This document shows, piece by piece, positions 18,777 through 28,917 of a stretch of DNA of 61,566 bases. Within the stretch, counting starts at the first letter, position 1; each line of letters begins with the position of its first letter. The notes under the pieces were generated by a model. It did not search any database and was not told where the DNA came from. It saw nothing but the letters and a program-made list of their open reading frames with translations. The translations under genes and the position numbers were made by a program. The DNA comes from Clostridia bacterium (GTDB taxonomy: Bacteria > Bacillota > Clostridia > Acetivibrionales > JBAZRJ01). The DNA lies in NCBI GenBank assembly GCA_041662985.1, contig JBAZRJ010000005.1, forward strand, positions 1 to 61,566, written 5' to 3'.

Positions 18777-20198
18777 TTATAAATCATTATTCTGAACAAT
18801 TCTTCCTTCCAGGGACCAAGTCTGTATTTTCTCTATTTTCACCTTAACTATTTCGCCGACTAAACTTTCATCGCCTTTAAAATTCATAATTTTGTTTGTA
18901 TCCGTTCTTCCTGTGAGCATATCCGGATTGTTTTTGCTGAATCCTTCAGCTAAAACATCCAATTCACATCCCAAAAGGCTATTGTTTAATTCACGGCTTA
19001 TTTTATTTTGAACCTTAACCAATTCCTGAAACCTTTCTTTGGCTACACTTTCGGGCACTTGATTACTTAATTCGGCAGCGGGAGTGCCTGATCTCTTTGA
19101 ATATAAAAAAGTATACGCAGAATCAAATCTTGCTTCTCTTATGAGTTCGATGGTCTCATTAAAATCATCTTCCGTTTCTCCCGGAAAACCAACAATTATA
19201 TCTGTTGTTATTGAAATATCGGCTATTTCAAGTCTTATTTTTTTTATAAGATCGACATAATTTTCCTTTGAATATTTTCTGTTCATTTCTTTTAGAATTC
19301 TTGTGCTTCCCGACTGGATCGGTAAATGAATATGCTTTGAAACTTTTTTCAAATCCCTTATCGCATATATAAGCTCTTCAGAAAGATCCTTTGGATGTGA
19401 TGTCATAAACCTTATTCTATATAGACCGTCAACTTCATCGAGTTTTTTTAATAATTGGGCAAAATTTGAATCTGTTCCGAATTCTTTGCCATATGAATTG
19501 ACGTTTTGCCCCAGTAAAGTTACTTCTTTTACGTTATCCCGTGCTAACATCTTAACTTCATTAACTATGTCGTCGATTTTTCTGCTGCGTTCTCTGCCCC
19601 TTACATAAGGTACGATGCAGTACGAGCAGAAATTGTCGCATCCATACATTATTGTAACCCAAGCTTTTGTTTTGTCTTTTCTCTCGATCGGTACATTTTC
19701 AAATATAGAATCCGCAGGTGTTGAAATATCGTAAACCGGTTCTTTTGAAATAATTGAATTGTAAAGCATTTCGGGGAATTTGAAAAGATTATGTGTTCCA
19801 AAAACTATATCGACGTGCTTATATTTCTTTTTGATATTTTCGACCACTTCTTTTTGCTGCATCATACAGCCGGAAACAACAATAATCATCTCCGGTTTTT
19901 GGGATTTTAATTTTTTCAGCGCGCCTAAATGCCCATAGACTTTTAATTCTGCATTTTCACGGACGCAACATGTGTTAAACAGTACCAGGTCGCACTCATC
20001 GCTTTCTGAAACCTCCGCAAATCCGCACTCCAAGAGGATTCCGGCAAGCTTTTCGGAATCATTTTCATTCATCTGACAGCCAAATGTATTTATTTTATAT
20101 TTATATTTTTTATTGCCGGTCAGCAATTTTATTTTTTTTATAAAATCCTTTTGCTTCTCCATTTCGGAATCGGAAATCTTATTATTATTTATAATCAA
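18777..20198 (-). CDS. miaB: tRNA-2-methylthio-N6-dimethylallyladenosine synthase
   Basis: UPF0004 N-domain (TFGCQMNENDSE), radical SAM CDNFCSYC, and a TRAM C-terminus. Confidence 0.94.
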   Translation of the reverse strand: MIINNNKISDSEMEKQKDFIKKIKLLTGNKKYKYKINTFGCQMNENDSEKLAGILLECGFAEVSESDECDLVLFNTCCVRENAELKVYGHLGALKKLKSQKPEMIIVVSGCMMQQKEVVENIKKKYKHVDIVFGTHNLFKFPEMLYNSIISKEPVYDISTPADSIFENVPIERKDKTKAWVTIMYGCDNFCSYCIVPYVRGRERSRKIDDIVNEVKMLARDNVKEVTLLGQNVNSYGKEFGTDSNFAQLLKKLDEVDGLYRIRFMTSHPKDLSEELIYAIRDLKKVSKHIHLPIQSGSTRILKEMNRKYSKENYVDLIKKIRLEIADISITTDIIVGFPGETEDDFNETIELIREARFDSAYTFLYSKRSGTPAAELSNQVPESVAKERFQELVKVQNKISRELNNSLLGCELDVLAEGFSKNNPDMLTGRTDTNKIMNFKGDESLVGEIVKVKIEKIQTWSLEGRIVQNNDL

Positions 20199-20216
20199 AA
20201 TATCACGTCTTCCTTT

Positions 20217-21083
20217 TTACTTTTTTAAATTATATATATCGTTTTTCATGCAAAGTTCCGCTCTCGCTCTTGTTTTATCATCAGCTCCGAGAGATTCCTC
20301 AATAAATTCCGGATTGCTTATTAAAAATTTTCTCATTGATTCATACGGATTTTTTATGAATTCTTGGACCATTTCATTTTGTTCATAGTTTATCAATCCC
20401 TTTGAAAATGCTCCATCAAACAAACTATTATCTATACTGACCATCGTGAATGCCTTAACATTTGCTTTTTCAAAAACCTTTTCCCCACCCTGCTTTCTGT
20501 CAACAACCGAAAGGCTCCATTTAATCGATGACCCCAGGTTTTGTATCGCAGGTATCCAGGCTCTTTCGTAGCTTGAAGCTTCCGTAACCAAATCAACAAT
20601 ATGCAGAATATTTTTATCCTTCAATTCGGTTATTTCTATCGCCTTTTTATCTTCCGTCAACACAGTTTTCAAATCCTTGAAAATCGTTATGTGCGGCTTG
20701 TTCAAAAGATGTGCCGTGATAATTGAAAAGAACCAGTCTCTTCTCTCTCCTCCTGAAATATAGTCAATATTATCAAGACCGATTTTTTTATCGATAAAAG
20801 TACACATTTCATCGATTACACTCTTGTAAGTCTTGTCTTTCATGTAATTTTTAATTTCTACATCCAGCAGAATTAAAGGGCATGTCAATATTTTCGCCTT
20901 TTCTTCGTCTATTATTTTTAACATTTTAACAGCCTTTTCTTCATTTCCATATAAAAAGTGCGTATTTATGTAATATGGGCCAATCGTACCCGAGGTGTAC
21001 CAGAATGGCTTATCTTTGGCGCACACTCTGATTGCATTGGTTTCAAAAAGCCATACGGTAAGCTCGTCAGATAATTTGCTCAT
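20217..21083 (-). CDS. divergent orotate phosphoribosyltransferase-like protein (type I PRT fold, atypical PRPP loop, ~55-aa insertion)
   Basis: PFWYTSGTIGPYYINTHFLYG aligns with PyrE PFTWASGILSPIYCDNR. ILHIVDLVTEASS sits where PyrE has VVIEDLISTGGS. Last gene of the pyr operon. Confidence 0.6.
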   Translation of the reverse strand: MSKLSDELTVWLFETNAIRVCAKDKPFWYTSGTIGPYYINTHFLYGNEEKAVKMLKIIDEEKAKILTCPLILLDVEIKNYMKDKTYKSVIDEMCTFIDKKIGLDNIDYISGGERRDWFFSIITAHLLNKPHITIFKDLKTVLTEDKKAIEITELKDKNILHIVDLVTEASSYERAWIPAIQNLGSSIKWSLSVVDRKQGGEKVFEKANVKAFTMVSIDNSLFDGAFSKGLINYEQNEMVQEFIKNPYESMRKFLISNPEFIEESLGADDKTRARAELCMKNDIYNLKK

Positions 21084-21086
21084 TAT

Positions 21087-21770
21087 TTATTCGTTCTCCT
21101 TCAAATTTTTAGATTCCAATATTCTTTCCTGCTTATTCTGCCACCATTCCTGGCTTTCAATAGTTTTAAGATTGTCTGTAAGGTGCTTAGTGTCGCCTTC
21201 CAAAATTATTTCAAAGTCATTGTCTTTATACTCGACAATTGTTATTGATGTGTTGTCATACCATGGGATTTCATCCGACCTCGAAAGATTTTTAAAATAA
21301 AAGTAACTCATAAGCACCCGTATTGCAGTGCCGTGAGTAACCACGCAAATATTTTTGCCTTGATTGTCTGAAATTATTTGCATCAGTTCAGTTACAAGTC
21401 TTTTCAAAAATTCCTGCATTGACTCGCCGTTAGGCATTTTATGAACCAGAGGCTTGTCTTCCCAGTTTTTATAATCTTCAGGCCAAAATTTCGGGAGATC
21501 TTCCCATGGAACACCCTCCCAGTCTCCGCCGTTTATCTCTTTTAAATTTTCTTTTTTAATAATTGATAAATTCGTAATTTTAGAAATGTATTCAGCTGTC
21601 TGAATGGCTCTTGTCAGCGTACTCGAATAAAGTGCATCTATCTTGTAATTTGCTATATTTTTTGCCAGAAGTCCAGCTTGTTTGTGTCCGACATCAGTTA
21701 TATGACCATCGGTCCACCCGTGAAACAATCTTTTTATATTTCCTTCAGCTTCTGCATGGCGAACCAGCAA
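21087..21770 (-). CDS. histidine phosphatase superfamily protein (phosphoglycerate-mutase-like)
   Basis: LVRHAEAEGN (RHG motif) and VTHGTAIR second catalytic His. The start codon is uncertain: TTG at 21770, with only 4 sense codons upstream to a stop. Confidence 0.8.
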   Translation of the reverse strand: MLVRHAEAEGNIKRLFHGWTDGHITDVGHKQAGLLAKNIANYKIDALYSSTLTRAIQTAEYISKITNLSIIKKENLKEINGGDWEGVPWEDLPKFWPEDYKNWEDKPLVHKMPNGESMQEFLKRLVTELMQIISDNQGKNICVVTHGTAIRVLMSYFYFKNLSRSDEIPWYDNTSITIVEYKDNDFEIILEGDTKHLTDNLKTIESQEWWQNKQERILESKNLKENE

Positions 21771-21810
21771 TAATCTTGTCTTCGTTTTTATTACCCCCTA
21801 TAGAATTCAG

Positions 21811-22725
21811 CTATTGTTCTGTTTTTAAAAGACCTACTATTTCACCAATGCTGCTAAAGTGATTTGACTCCAGATATTTTTCTATCCCCTCAATAACTTC
21901 AATAGTTGCTCTCGGATTAGACATATTAGCAGTCCCAACCATTATTGCAGACGCTCCGGCAAGGAAAAATTCAATGGCATCGTCCCACTTGCTGATTCCT
22001 CCCATACCGATTACCGGAATTTTTACCGACTGTGAAACCTCATAAACCATTCTTACTGCAACCGGTTTAACTGCAGGACCTGAAAGTCCTCCGACGATAT
22101 TCGCAAGTATCGGCCGTCTTTCATCAATGTCTATCGACATGCCGACAAGAGTATTTATAAGTGACACAGCGTCTGCGCCGTTTGCCTCAGCCGAAAGTGC
22201 AATTTCTGAAATATCTGTTACGTTCGGAGACAGTTTAACAATTAAAGGCTTTTTACATAATTTCCGGACTTCTTTTGTCAAAAAACCTGTGCCTTCTTTA
22301 TTTGTTCCGAAAGCAAGACAGCCCTCTCTTACATTCGGACATGAAATATTAAGTTCAATGGCGTCTACGTCCTGCTCGCTTAACATTTCAACAACTTCGC
22401 AATATTCCTCAATTGTGCTTCCCGCAACATTTGCAATTATTGAGGTATTAAATTTTTTCAAGAACGGTATTTCATCCTCAATAAATGCTTTAACCCCCGG
22501 ATTTTGGAGCCCCACGCTATTTAATATTCCCGACGGTGTCTCTGCAATCCTCGGCGGTTTGTTCCCCTGTCTCGGATTGAGAGTGAGACCTTTTGTAGCA
22601 ATCCCTCCAAGTCTATTCAAATCAATAAACTCTGAATATTCACGTCCGAATCCAAATGTTCCCGACGCTGCAATAACAGGGTTTTTAAGATCTATTCCTG
22701 CTATATTAACCTTCAAGTCAACCAT
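21811..22725 (-). CDS. pyrD: dihydroorotate dehydrogenase B, catalytic subunit
   Basis: Class 1B PyrD sequence (NPVIAASGTFGFG..., NISCPNV). Start at ATG 22725, after GAGGGGA. Confidence 0.94.
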   Translation of the reverse strand: MVDLKVNIAGIDLKNPVIAASGTFGFGREYSEFIDLNRLGGIATKGLTLNPRQGNKPPRIAETPSGILNSVGLQNPGVKAFIEDEIPFLKKFNTSIIANVAGSTIEEYCEVVEMLSEQDVDAIELNISCPNVREGCLAFGTNKEGTGFLTKEVRKLCKKPLIVKLSPNVTDISEIALSAEANGADAVSLINTLVGMSIDIDERRPILANIVGGLSGPAVKPVAVRMVYEVSQSVKIPVIGMGGISKWDDAIEFFLAGASAIMVGTANMSNPRATIEVIEGIEKYLESNHFSSIGEIVGLLKTEQ

Positions 22726-22745
22726 TTTCACATTCCCCTCATAAA

Positions 22746-23549
22746 TCAATCTTCAAAAACTATCTTGTCAGCCCAAAACACAGGACCGTCCTTGCATACA
22801 TGCTTATATTCATGTGCCTTGTCGTTTGACTTAATATTGCATACACAGACAAGACATGCCCCGATTCCGCAACCCATTCTTTGCTCGAGCGATACCTGAC
22901 ATTTTATATTGTTATTGGCTGCAATCAAAGCAACTTTACGGATCATAGGAAGCGGACCGCACGTATATATTATATCATAATCGCTCTCCCCGATTTCTTT
23001 TATAAGTAATTCCGTAACAAGTCCTTTGTGTCCGTAACTCCCGTCATCAGTAGCAATAAAGAGATTCCCCGAAGCACTTTTAAATTCATTTTCCAATACC
23101 ACAAGGTCTTTGTTTCTAAAACCTAAAAACGTATCTATTTTTATGTTCTTGTTCAATTCGTTAAAATCATTTATCAAAAAAAGCAATGGGAAAATTCCTA
23201 TTCCTCCGCCAACCACTGCGATATTTTTATAGCTTTCGGATATTTCAAATGAATTACCCAAACACGCCATAATATCAATTTTATCTCTCGCGTTCATTTT
23301 CGATATGTTTTCAGTCCCGATTCCCTTCACCTGAATCACAAAATCAAACGTTCCTTTTTCCCTGTCAACGTTCATAATGCTGATCGGACGTCTTAGGAGA
23401 GGTACATATGAGTCATCGTTGCATTTTATATTCACAAACTGTCCCGGTTTAGCATTCTTCGACACATAATCCGAAAATACGGAAAATTTGAATATCCCTT
23501 TCGCAATTTCTTCAACTGATTTAATTTCTTCCAACAACATCTTCGGCAT
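22746..23549 (-). CDS. pyrK: dihydroorotate dehydrogenase B, electron-transfer (FAD/2Fe-2S) subunit
   Basis: RRPISI FAD motif and C-terminal CGIGACLVCVC cluster. Start at ATG 23549, after GGAGG. Confidence 0.92.
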   Translation of the reverse strand: MPKMLLEEIKSVEEIAKGIFKFSVFSDYVSKNAKPGQFVNIKCNDDSYVPLLRRPISIMNVDREKGTFDFVIQVKGIGTENISKMNARDKIDIMACLGNSFEISESYKNIAVVGGGIGIFPLLFLINDFNELNKNIKIDTFLGFRNKDLVVLENEFKSASGNLFIATDDGSYGHKGLVTELLIKEIGESDYDIIYTCGPLPMIRKVALIAANNNIKCQVSLEQRMGCGIGACLVCVCNIKSNDKAHEYKHVCKDGPVFWADKIVFED

Positions 23550-23574
23550 AATTTCCTCCAAAATTTTTTTCTGC

Positions 23575-26500
23575 TTATTTAAAGACATCCAGATTGACTA
23601 TATCAAGATCTTTCACTTTTTTCCCAAGCTTCAGGCACGAAATAATTGCTCTTACCGTGTCTAGCGAAGTCATACAAGGAATTTGAATCTCAACAGATTT
23701 TCTGCGTATTTTAAACCCATCAGTCTCAGGTTTTCTGCCTCTTGTAGGGGTATTGACAACAAGACTTATTTTTCCGGATTGAATAAGATCAAGGATGTTT
23801 GGTGAACCCTCATCAATTTTTTTAACCGCATTTGTTGCAATTCCGTGGGAATTAAGCAATTTTGCTGTTTTCCCTGTTGCATAAAGCTCAAACCCAAGTT
23901 TTTCGAAGTCTTCAGCCAACGGTAACAATTCAAGTTTATCATGATCTCTGACCGTCATCAGAATACCTCCTCCGTATTCCGGAAGCTTTATTCCTGATGC
24001 TGTAATACCTTTATACAAAGCATCCGCAAATGTTTTTGCAATTCCCAAAACCTCGCCGGTTGATTTCATCTCAGGTCCCAGCGTTGTATCGACATCGTGC
24101 AGTTTTTCAAACGAAAAGACCGGTACTTTGACTGAAACATATTCGGATTCTTTAAACAATCCTGTTCCAAATGTGAAATCGCTTAACTTTTTACCCATCA
24201 TAATCTTTGTTGCGATATCAACCATCGGTATTCCTGTAACCTTGCTGATATAAGGGATTGTACGGCTTGATCGAGGATTGACCTCTATTACGTAAATAAT
24301 TTCATTGCATAAGACATATTGCACATTAACGAGTCCGACAACATGTAATGCTTTTGCAAGTTTTCTTGTATAATCAACAATAGTATCCTTGACACTCTGC
24401 GATAAGGTTTGTGTCGGATAAACAGAGATGCTGTCGCCGGAATGAACTCCCGCACGTTCTATGTGCTCCATTATTCCTGGAATAAGTATTTCATCTCCGT
24501 CACAAATCGCATCAACCTCAATTTCTTTACCCATCATATATTTATCCACCAATATAGGATGTTCCTGCTTTACGCGGTTTATAATTTCCATAAACTCGAT
24601 TATATCGTTATCGCTGTATGCTATTTCCATGCCCTGTCCGCCAAGTACATATGACGGTCTTACAAGAACCGGATATTCAAGGTCGTTTGCCACTTTAATT
24701 GCTTCATCTTTTGTATATACGGTTGTTCCTTTAGGTCTTGGGATGTTTACGTCTTCCAAAATTTTATCGAATTTCTTGCGGTCCTCGGCTGCGTCAACAT
24801 ATTTCGCTTCAGTCCCGAATATTTTAATATTGTTATCATTCAGACATTTTGTGAGTTTTATTGCAGTCTGGCCTCCGAATTGAACTATCGCACCCTTTGG
24901 TTTTTCCGCTTCAATAATGCTTAAAACATCCTCTTCGGTTAACGGCTCAAAATACAGCCTGTCTGCTGTATCAAAGTCTGTGCTTACGGTTTCGGGATTA
25001 TTATTGGCAATTATTGTTTCGTAGCCTTCCTCTTTGAGCGCCCATACCGAATGGACTGAACAATAATCAAATTCGATACCCTGTCCGATTCTTATCGGTC
25101 CCGAACCGATTACGATAACCTTTTCATTATCCGTCATTTTAACTTCACTTTTATCATCAAAAGTTGAATAGTAATACGGTGTAACCGCCTCAAACTCAGC
25201 GGCGCAGGTGTCAACCATTTTATATGAAATGTTGATACCGTAAGATTTTCTTTTTTCAGTTACTTTCTTTTTTTCAAGACCTGAAAAATGCGCTATTGTG
25301 CCATCTGTAAACCCAAGTTTCTTTGCTTTACTGATAACTTCTGAATTAATGTTATCGATTGTAATAGTCTTAAGCTCTTCCTCCATCATCACAAGATTGT
25401 TTAATTTATTAATAAAGAATTCATCAATCGTTGTTATTTCGCATATTTTAGCAATGCTAACATTCCTTCTCAGTGCCTCCGCTACCACAAAAACTCTGGA
25501 ATCATTTATATCGGTCAGCATTCTGAATATTTCCTCATCGGAAAGTTTTTTTAATAATTCCTGCTCAAGTGTGAATATATTTAATTCAAGAGAACGTATT
25601 GCTTTCATTAATGCGGCTTCAAAAGAACAGCTGATTGCCATAACCTCGCCTGTAGCCTTCATTTGCGTTCCCAGCGTTCTCTCAGCGTTTACAAATTTAT
25701 CGAACGGCCATTTGGGGATTTTAACCACAACATAATCAAGTGTCGGTTCAAAGCAGGCAAATGTTTTTCCTGTTACCGCATTCATAATCTCATCAAGACC
25801 GTATCCGATGGCAATTTTTGTTGCAACCTTTGCTATCGGGTAGCCTGTAGCTTTTGATGCAAGTGCCGATGAACGGCTGACCCTTGGATTAACTTCTATC
25901 ACGGCATATTCAAAGCTTATTGGATTTAGTGCAAACTGGACATTACAGCCGCCTTCTATTCCAAGTTTCGAAATTATTTTTAGCGATGCTGTTCTTAACA
26001 TCTGATATTCTTTGTCTGATAAAGTCTGGGAAGGCGCAACAACGATACTGTCTCCGGTGTGGACTCCGACAGGGTCGATGTTCTCCATATTACAGACAGT
26101 AATGACATTGCCTTTGCAGTCGCGCATAACTTCATACTCGATTTCCTTCCAGCCCGAAATACACTTTTCAATCAAAACTTGATTTACGCGGCTCAGTCTC
26201 AAACCGTTTGAACCGATTTCATAGAGCTCTTTTTTGTTATTGACTATTCCTCCGCCTGTCCCGCCTAACGTATAAGCAGGCCTGACAATTACCGGATAGT
26301 CAATTTCTTCGGCAAATGCTGCCGCATCCTCAATGTTATTTACTACTTTACTTGCAATACAAGGTTCATCAATGCTCAGCATTGTGTCTTTAAACGCCTG
26401 TCTGTCTTCAGCCATCTTTATCGCGGAAACCGCTGTACCCAGTAGCCTTACATTATGTTCATCAAGGAAACCGGACTCTGCAATTTCCATCGCAAGATTC

Positions 26501-26787
26501 AAACCGGTCTGACCTCCAAGTGTAGGCAGGATGCTGTCGGGTTTTTCATCAATAATTATCTTTTTTAATATCTCAATATGCAATGGTTCAATGTATACCT
26601 TGTCTGCGATTGCCGTATCAGTCATTATTGTTGCAGGGTTGCTGTTTATAAGCACAACCTCGATATTATCATCCTTAAGCGCCTGGCACGCCTGAGTGCC
26701 TGCATAATCGAATTCCGCCGCCTGTCCTATTATTATTGGCCCCGATCCTATAACGAGTACTTTTTTAACGTCTTTTCTTCTAGGCAT
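23575..26787 (-). CDS. carB: carbamoyl-phosphate synthase large subunit
   Basis: 1070 aa with duplicated ATP-grasp halves and an MGS-like C-terminus. Confidence 0.97.
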   Translation of the reverse strand: MPRRKDVKKVLVIGSGPIIIGQAAEFDYAGTQACQALKDDNIEVVLINSNPATIMTDTAIADKVYIEPLHIEILKKIIIDEKPDSILPTLGGQTGLNLAMEIAESGFLDEHNVRLLGTAVSAIKMAEDRQAFKDTMLSIDEPCIASKVVNNIEDAAAFAEEIDYPVIVRPAYTLGGTGGGIVNNKKELYEIGSNGLRLSRVNQVLIEKCISGWKEIEYEVMRDCKGNVITVCNMENIDPVGVHTGDSIVVAPSQTLSDKEYQMLRTASLKIISKLGIEGGCNVQFALNPISFEYAVIEVNPRVSRSSALASKATGYPIAKVATKIAIGYGLDEIMNAVTGKTFACFEPTLDYVVVKIPKWPFDKFVNAERTLGTQMKATGEVMAISCSFEAALMKAIRSLELNIFTLEQELLKKLSDEEIFRMLTDINDSRVFVVAEALRRNVSIAKICEITTIDEFFINKLNNLVMMEEELKTITIDNINSEVISKAKKLGFTDGTIAHFSGLEKKKVTEKRKSYGINISYKMVDTCAAEFEAVTPYYYSTFDDKSEVKMTDNEKVIVIGSGPIRIGQGIEFDYCSVHSVWALKEEGYETIIANNNPETVSTDFDTADRLYFEPLTEEDVLSIIEAEKPKGAIVQFGGQTAIKLTKCLNDNNIKIFGTEAKYVDAAEDRKKFDKILEDVNIPRPKGTTVYTKDEAIKVANDLEYPVLVRPSYVLGGQGMEIAYSDNDIIEFMEIINRVKQEHPILVDKYMMGKEIEVDAICDGDEILIPGIMEHIERAGVHSGDSISVYPTQTLSQSVKDTIVDYTRKLAKALHVVGLVNVQYVLCNEIIYVIEVNPRSSRTIPYISKVTGIPMVDIATKIMMGKKLSDFTFGTGLFKESEYVSVKVPVFSFEKLHDVDTTLGPEMKSTGEVLGIAKTFADALYKGITASGIKLPEYGGGILMTVRDHDKLELLPLAEDFEKLGFELYATGKTAKLLNSHGIATNAVKKIDEGSPNILDLIQSGKISLVVNTPTRGRKPETDGFKIRRKSVEIQIPCMTSLDTVRAIISCLKLGKKVKDLDIVNLDVFK

Positions 26788-27883
26788 TCTGTAAGTCCCC
26801 CAATTGTTGTTTATTTTTAAAATTGTTCATCGTTTCAATAAATTCGTCAAACAAATATGCAGTATCTGCCGGACCCGGTGATGCTTCGGGATGAAATTGA
26901 ACCGTAAACATTGGAATATTTTTATATCTGACTCCTTCGACGGTGTTATCATTCATATTTAAATGACTGGCTTCCATTTTCTTCTCGTCAAGTGATGACA
27001 AAACTATTGCATATCCATGGTTTTGAGAAGTTATATAGGTTCTGTCCTTTTTCAGGTCTTTGACAGGATGATTGCACCCCCTGTGTCCGTATTTCAATTT
27101 CTTTGTGTCGGCACCGTTTGCAAGCGCAGCCAATTGGTGTCCGAGACAGATTCCGAAGATAGGAACCTTCCCTTGAAGTTCTCTGATTGTACGTATTGCA
27201 AAATCACAGTCTTTTGGGTCTCCCGGTCCGTTTGAAAGCATTACTCCGTCAGGATTTATTGCGAGTATTTCATTTGCCGAGGCGTATCCCGGAAATACAT
27301 ACACATCACAGTCCCTCTTCAAGAGGCTTCTTGTGATATTTCTTTTCAAACCATAGTCAAGAAGAGCAACCTTCAGGCCTTTGCCCTCAAAGTGCTGTAC
27401 TTCTTTAGTTGTGACTTTCATAACAGGATTCTTGATCTCATAGGATTTAATATCATCTATCTTATCCTTTAATTCAAAGTCGCTGTTCGTTGATATGATG
27501 CCCTTCATCGTTCCAAAGTCGCGTAATCTCTTGGTTAATTCCCGTGTATCAATTCCTTCGATGCCGATAATCATATTTTGTTTCAAATAATCGTTCAATG
27601 TTCCGTTTGACCTGAAATTGCTTGGCGTTTCGCACATTTCGCGAACAATAAAACCCTTTATCTGTGGTTTTGATGATTCAAAATCGTCTATATTTACACC
27701 ATAATTCCCGATAAGAGGATATGTCATCGTTACGATTTGACCACAATAGGATGGATCTGTTAAAACCTCCTGATAGCCAGTCATTCCGGTGTTAAAAACT
27801 ATTTCACCAATTACTTCGCCCTCTGCTCCAAAACTGTTTCCCTTAAATACTGTTCCATCTTCGAGTGCCAAAAATGCTTTCAC
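26780..27883 (-). CDS. carA: carbamoyl-phosphate synthase small (glutaminase) subunit
   Basis: GICLGHQ catalytic Cys and a triad His in the C-terminus. Confidence 0.96.
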   Translation of the reverse strand: MKAFLALEDGTVFKGNSFGAEGEVIGEIVFNTGMTGYQEVLTDPSYCGQIVTMTYPLIGNYGVNIDDFESSKPQIKGFIVREMCETPSNFRSNGTLNDYLKQNMIIGIEGIDTRELTKRLRDFGTMKGIISTNSDFELKDKIDDIKSYEIKNPVMKVTTKEVQHFEGKGLKVALLDYGLKRNITRSLLKRDCDVYVFPGYASANEILAINPDGVMLSNGPGDPKDCDFAIRTIRELQGKVPIFGICLGHQLAALANGADTKKLKYGHRGCNHPVKDLKKDRTYITSQNHGYAIVLSSLDEKKMEASHLNMNDNTVEGVRYKNIPMFTVQFHPEASPGPADTAYLFDEFIETMNNFKNKQQLGDLQNA

Positions 27884-27889
27884 TCACAG

Positions 27890-28840
27890 TCACCCCTTAA
27901 ATTGTTTTTTTACAGCAATGTTTATTTCGTCCCGCATTCTTATTGTTTCTGCTCTTGCAGCTTCAGCAAATTGATTTTCTGTATATTTGTCTTTCCAAAT
28001 ATCCGCCTTATAGGCACACATTATACTTCGCGAAGCATTAATTATTGCTCCGAGTCCATCCTCATTAAATGAATTGGCAGCATCCTCAGCTGTTCCTCCC
28101 TGTGCGCCATATCCCGGGACGAGTATATATGCATGCTTCATGACACTTCTTAATTCTTTTGCCTGATTTGGGTATGTTGCGCCAACCACAGCCCCAATAC
28201 TGCTGTACCCATTTTTACCGATTAGTGAGGCTCCCCACTCTTCAACGTGATTCGCAACAATTTCATAAATTGTTTTACCGTCTTTTGTGACAAGATCCTG
28301 AATTTGCCCCGAAGATTTATTTGAGGTTTTTACGAGAATAAATATCCCCTTACGATATTTATTGCAGTCTTCAATGAATGGTTTTATGCCGTCAATACCG
28401 AGGTAAGGATTAACCGTTACAGCATCGGCATCCAAAACACTCCTAAGAGTAGTACCTTCAATCGATATCTTCCCGATAAAAGCCGAAGAATAAGCCTGTG
28501 CAGTAGTTCCGATATCATTTCTCTTTGCATCCGCTATTACCAATAGTCCCTTTTTCTTTGCATAATTTGCTGTTTTATAAAACGCTTTAACACCATCGGC
28601 GCCATACATCTCATAATATGCAGATTGCAGTTTTACAGCCGGCACAACATCGTATATGGAATCGATCAATCCCTTGTTAAAATCATATATGGCCTGTGCT
28701 GCGCATTTGAGATCAGTACCGCAATAATTAAACGCTTTTTTCAATATTTGTGATGGAATATACTCAATCCTGGGGTCCAATCCCGCTACAACACAGGAGT
28801 TTTTGGCTTTAATGCTCTCAATTAAACGGTCTGCAAACAT
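27890..28840 (-). CDS. pyrF: orotidine 5'-phosphate decarboxylase, long (type 2) form
   Basis: 316 aa; VAGLDPR ... DAKRNDIGTT motifs characteristic of the long PyrF subfamily. Confidence 0.88.
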   Translation of the reverse strand: MFADRLIESIKAKNSCVVAGLDPRIEYIPSQILKKAFNYCGTDLKCAAQAIYDFNKGLIDSIYDVVPAVKLQSAYYEMYGADGVKAFYKTANYAKKKGLLVIADAKRNDIGTTAQAYSSAFIGKISIEGTTLRSVLDADAVTVNPYLGIDGIKPFIEDCNKYRKGIFILVKTSNKSSGQIQDLVTKDGKTIYEIVANHVEEWGASLIGKNGYSSIGAVVGATYPNQAKELRSVMKHAYILVPGYGAQGGTAEDAANSFNEDGLGAIINASRSIMCAYKADIWKDKYTENQFAEAARAETIRMRDEINIAVKKQFKG

Positions 28841-28917
28841 TTATTCTCCTTCTCTTTAAGCCATATTTAAAACACTTGCACTTTAACCTTATTTTAAGAC
28901 ACTTGCATTCTTTCAGA

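Noticed and set aside
22127-22744. A long plus-strand ORF (205 aa) and similar ones at 5444-5956, 28931-29485, 30564-31028 and 39873-40406.
   Set aside because: They are antisense shadows of well-supported minus-strand genes (pyrD, rarA, pyrC, pyrB, ftsK). They are Ser/Phe/Ile/Leu-rich and low-complexity, with no SD and no family resemblance.
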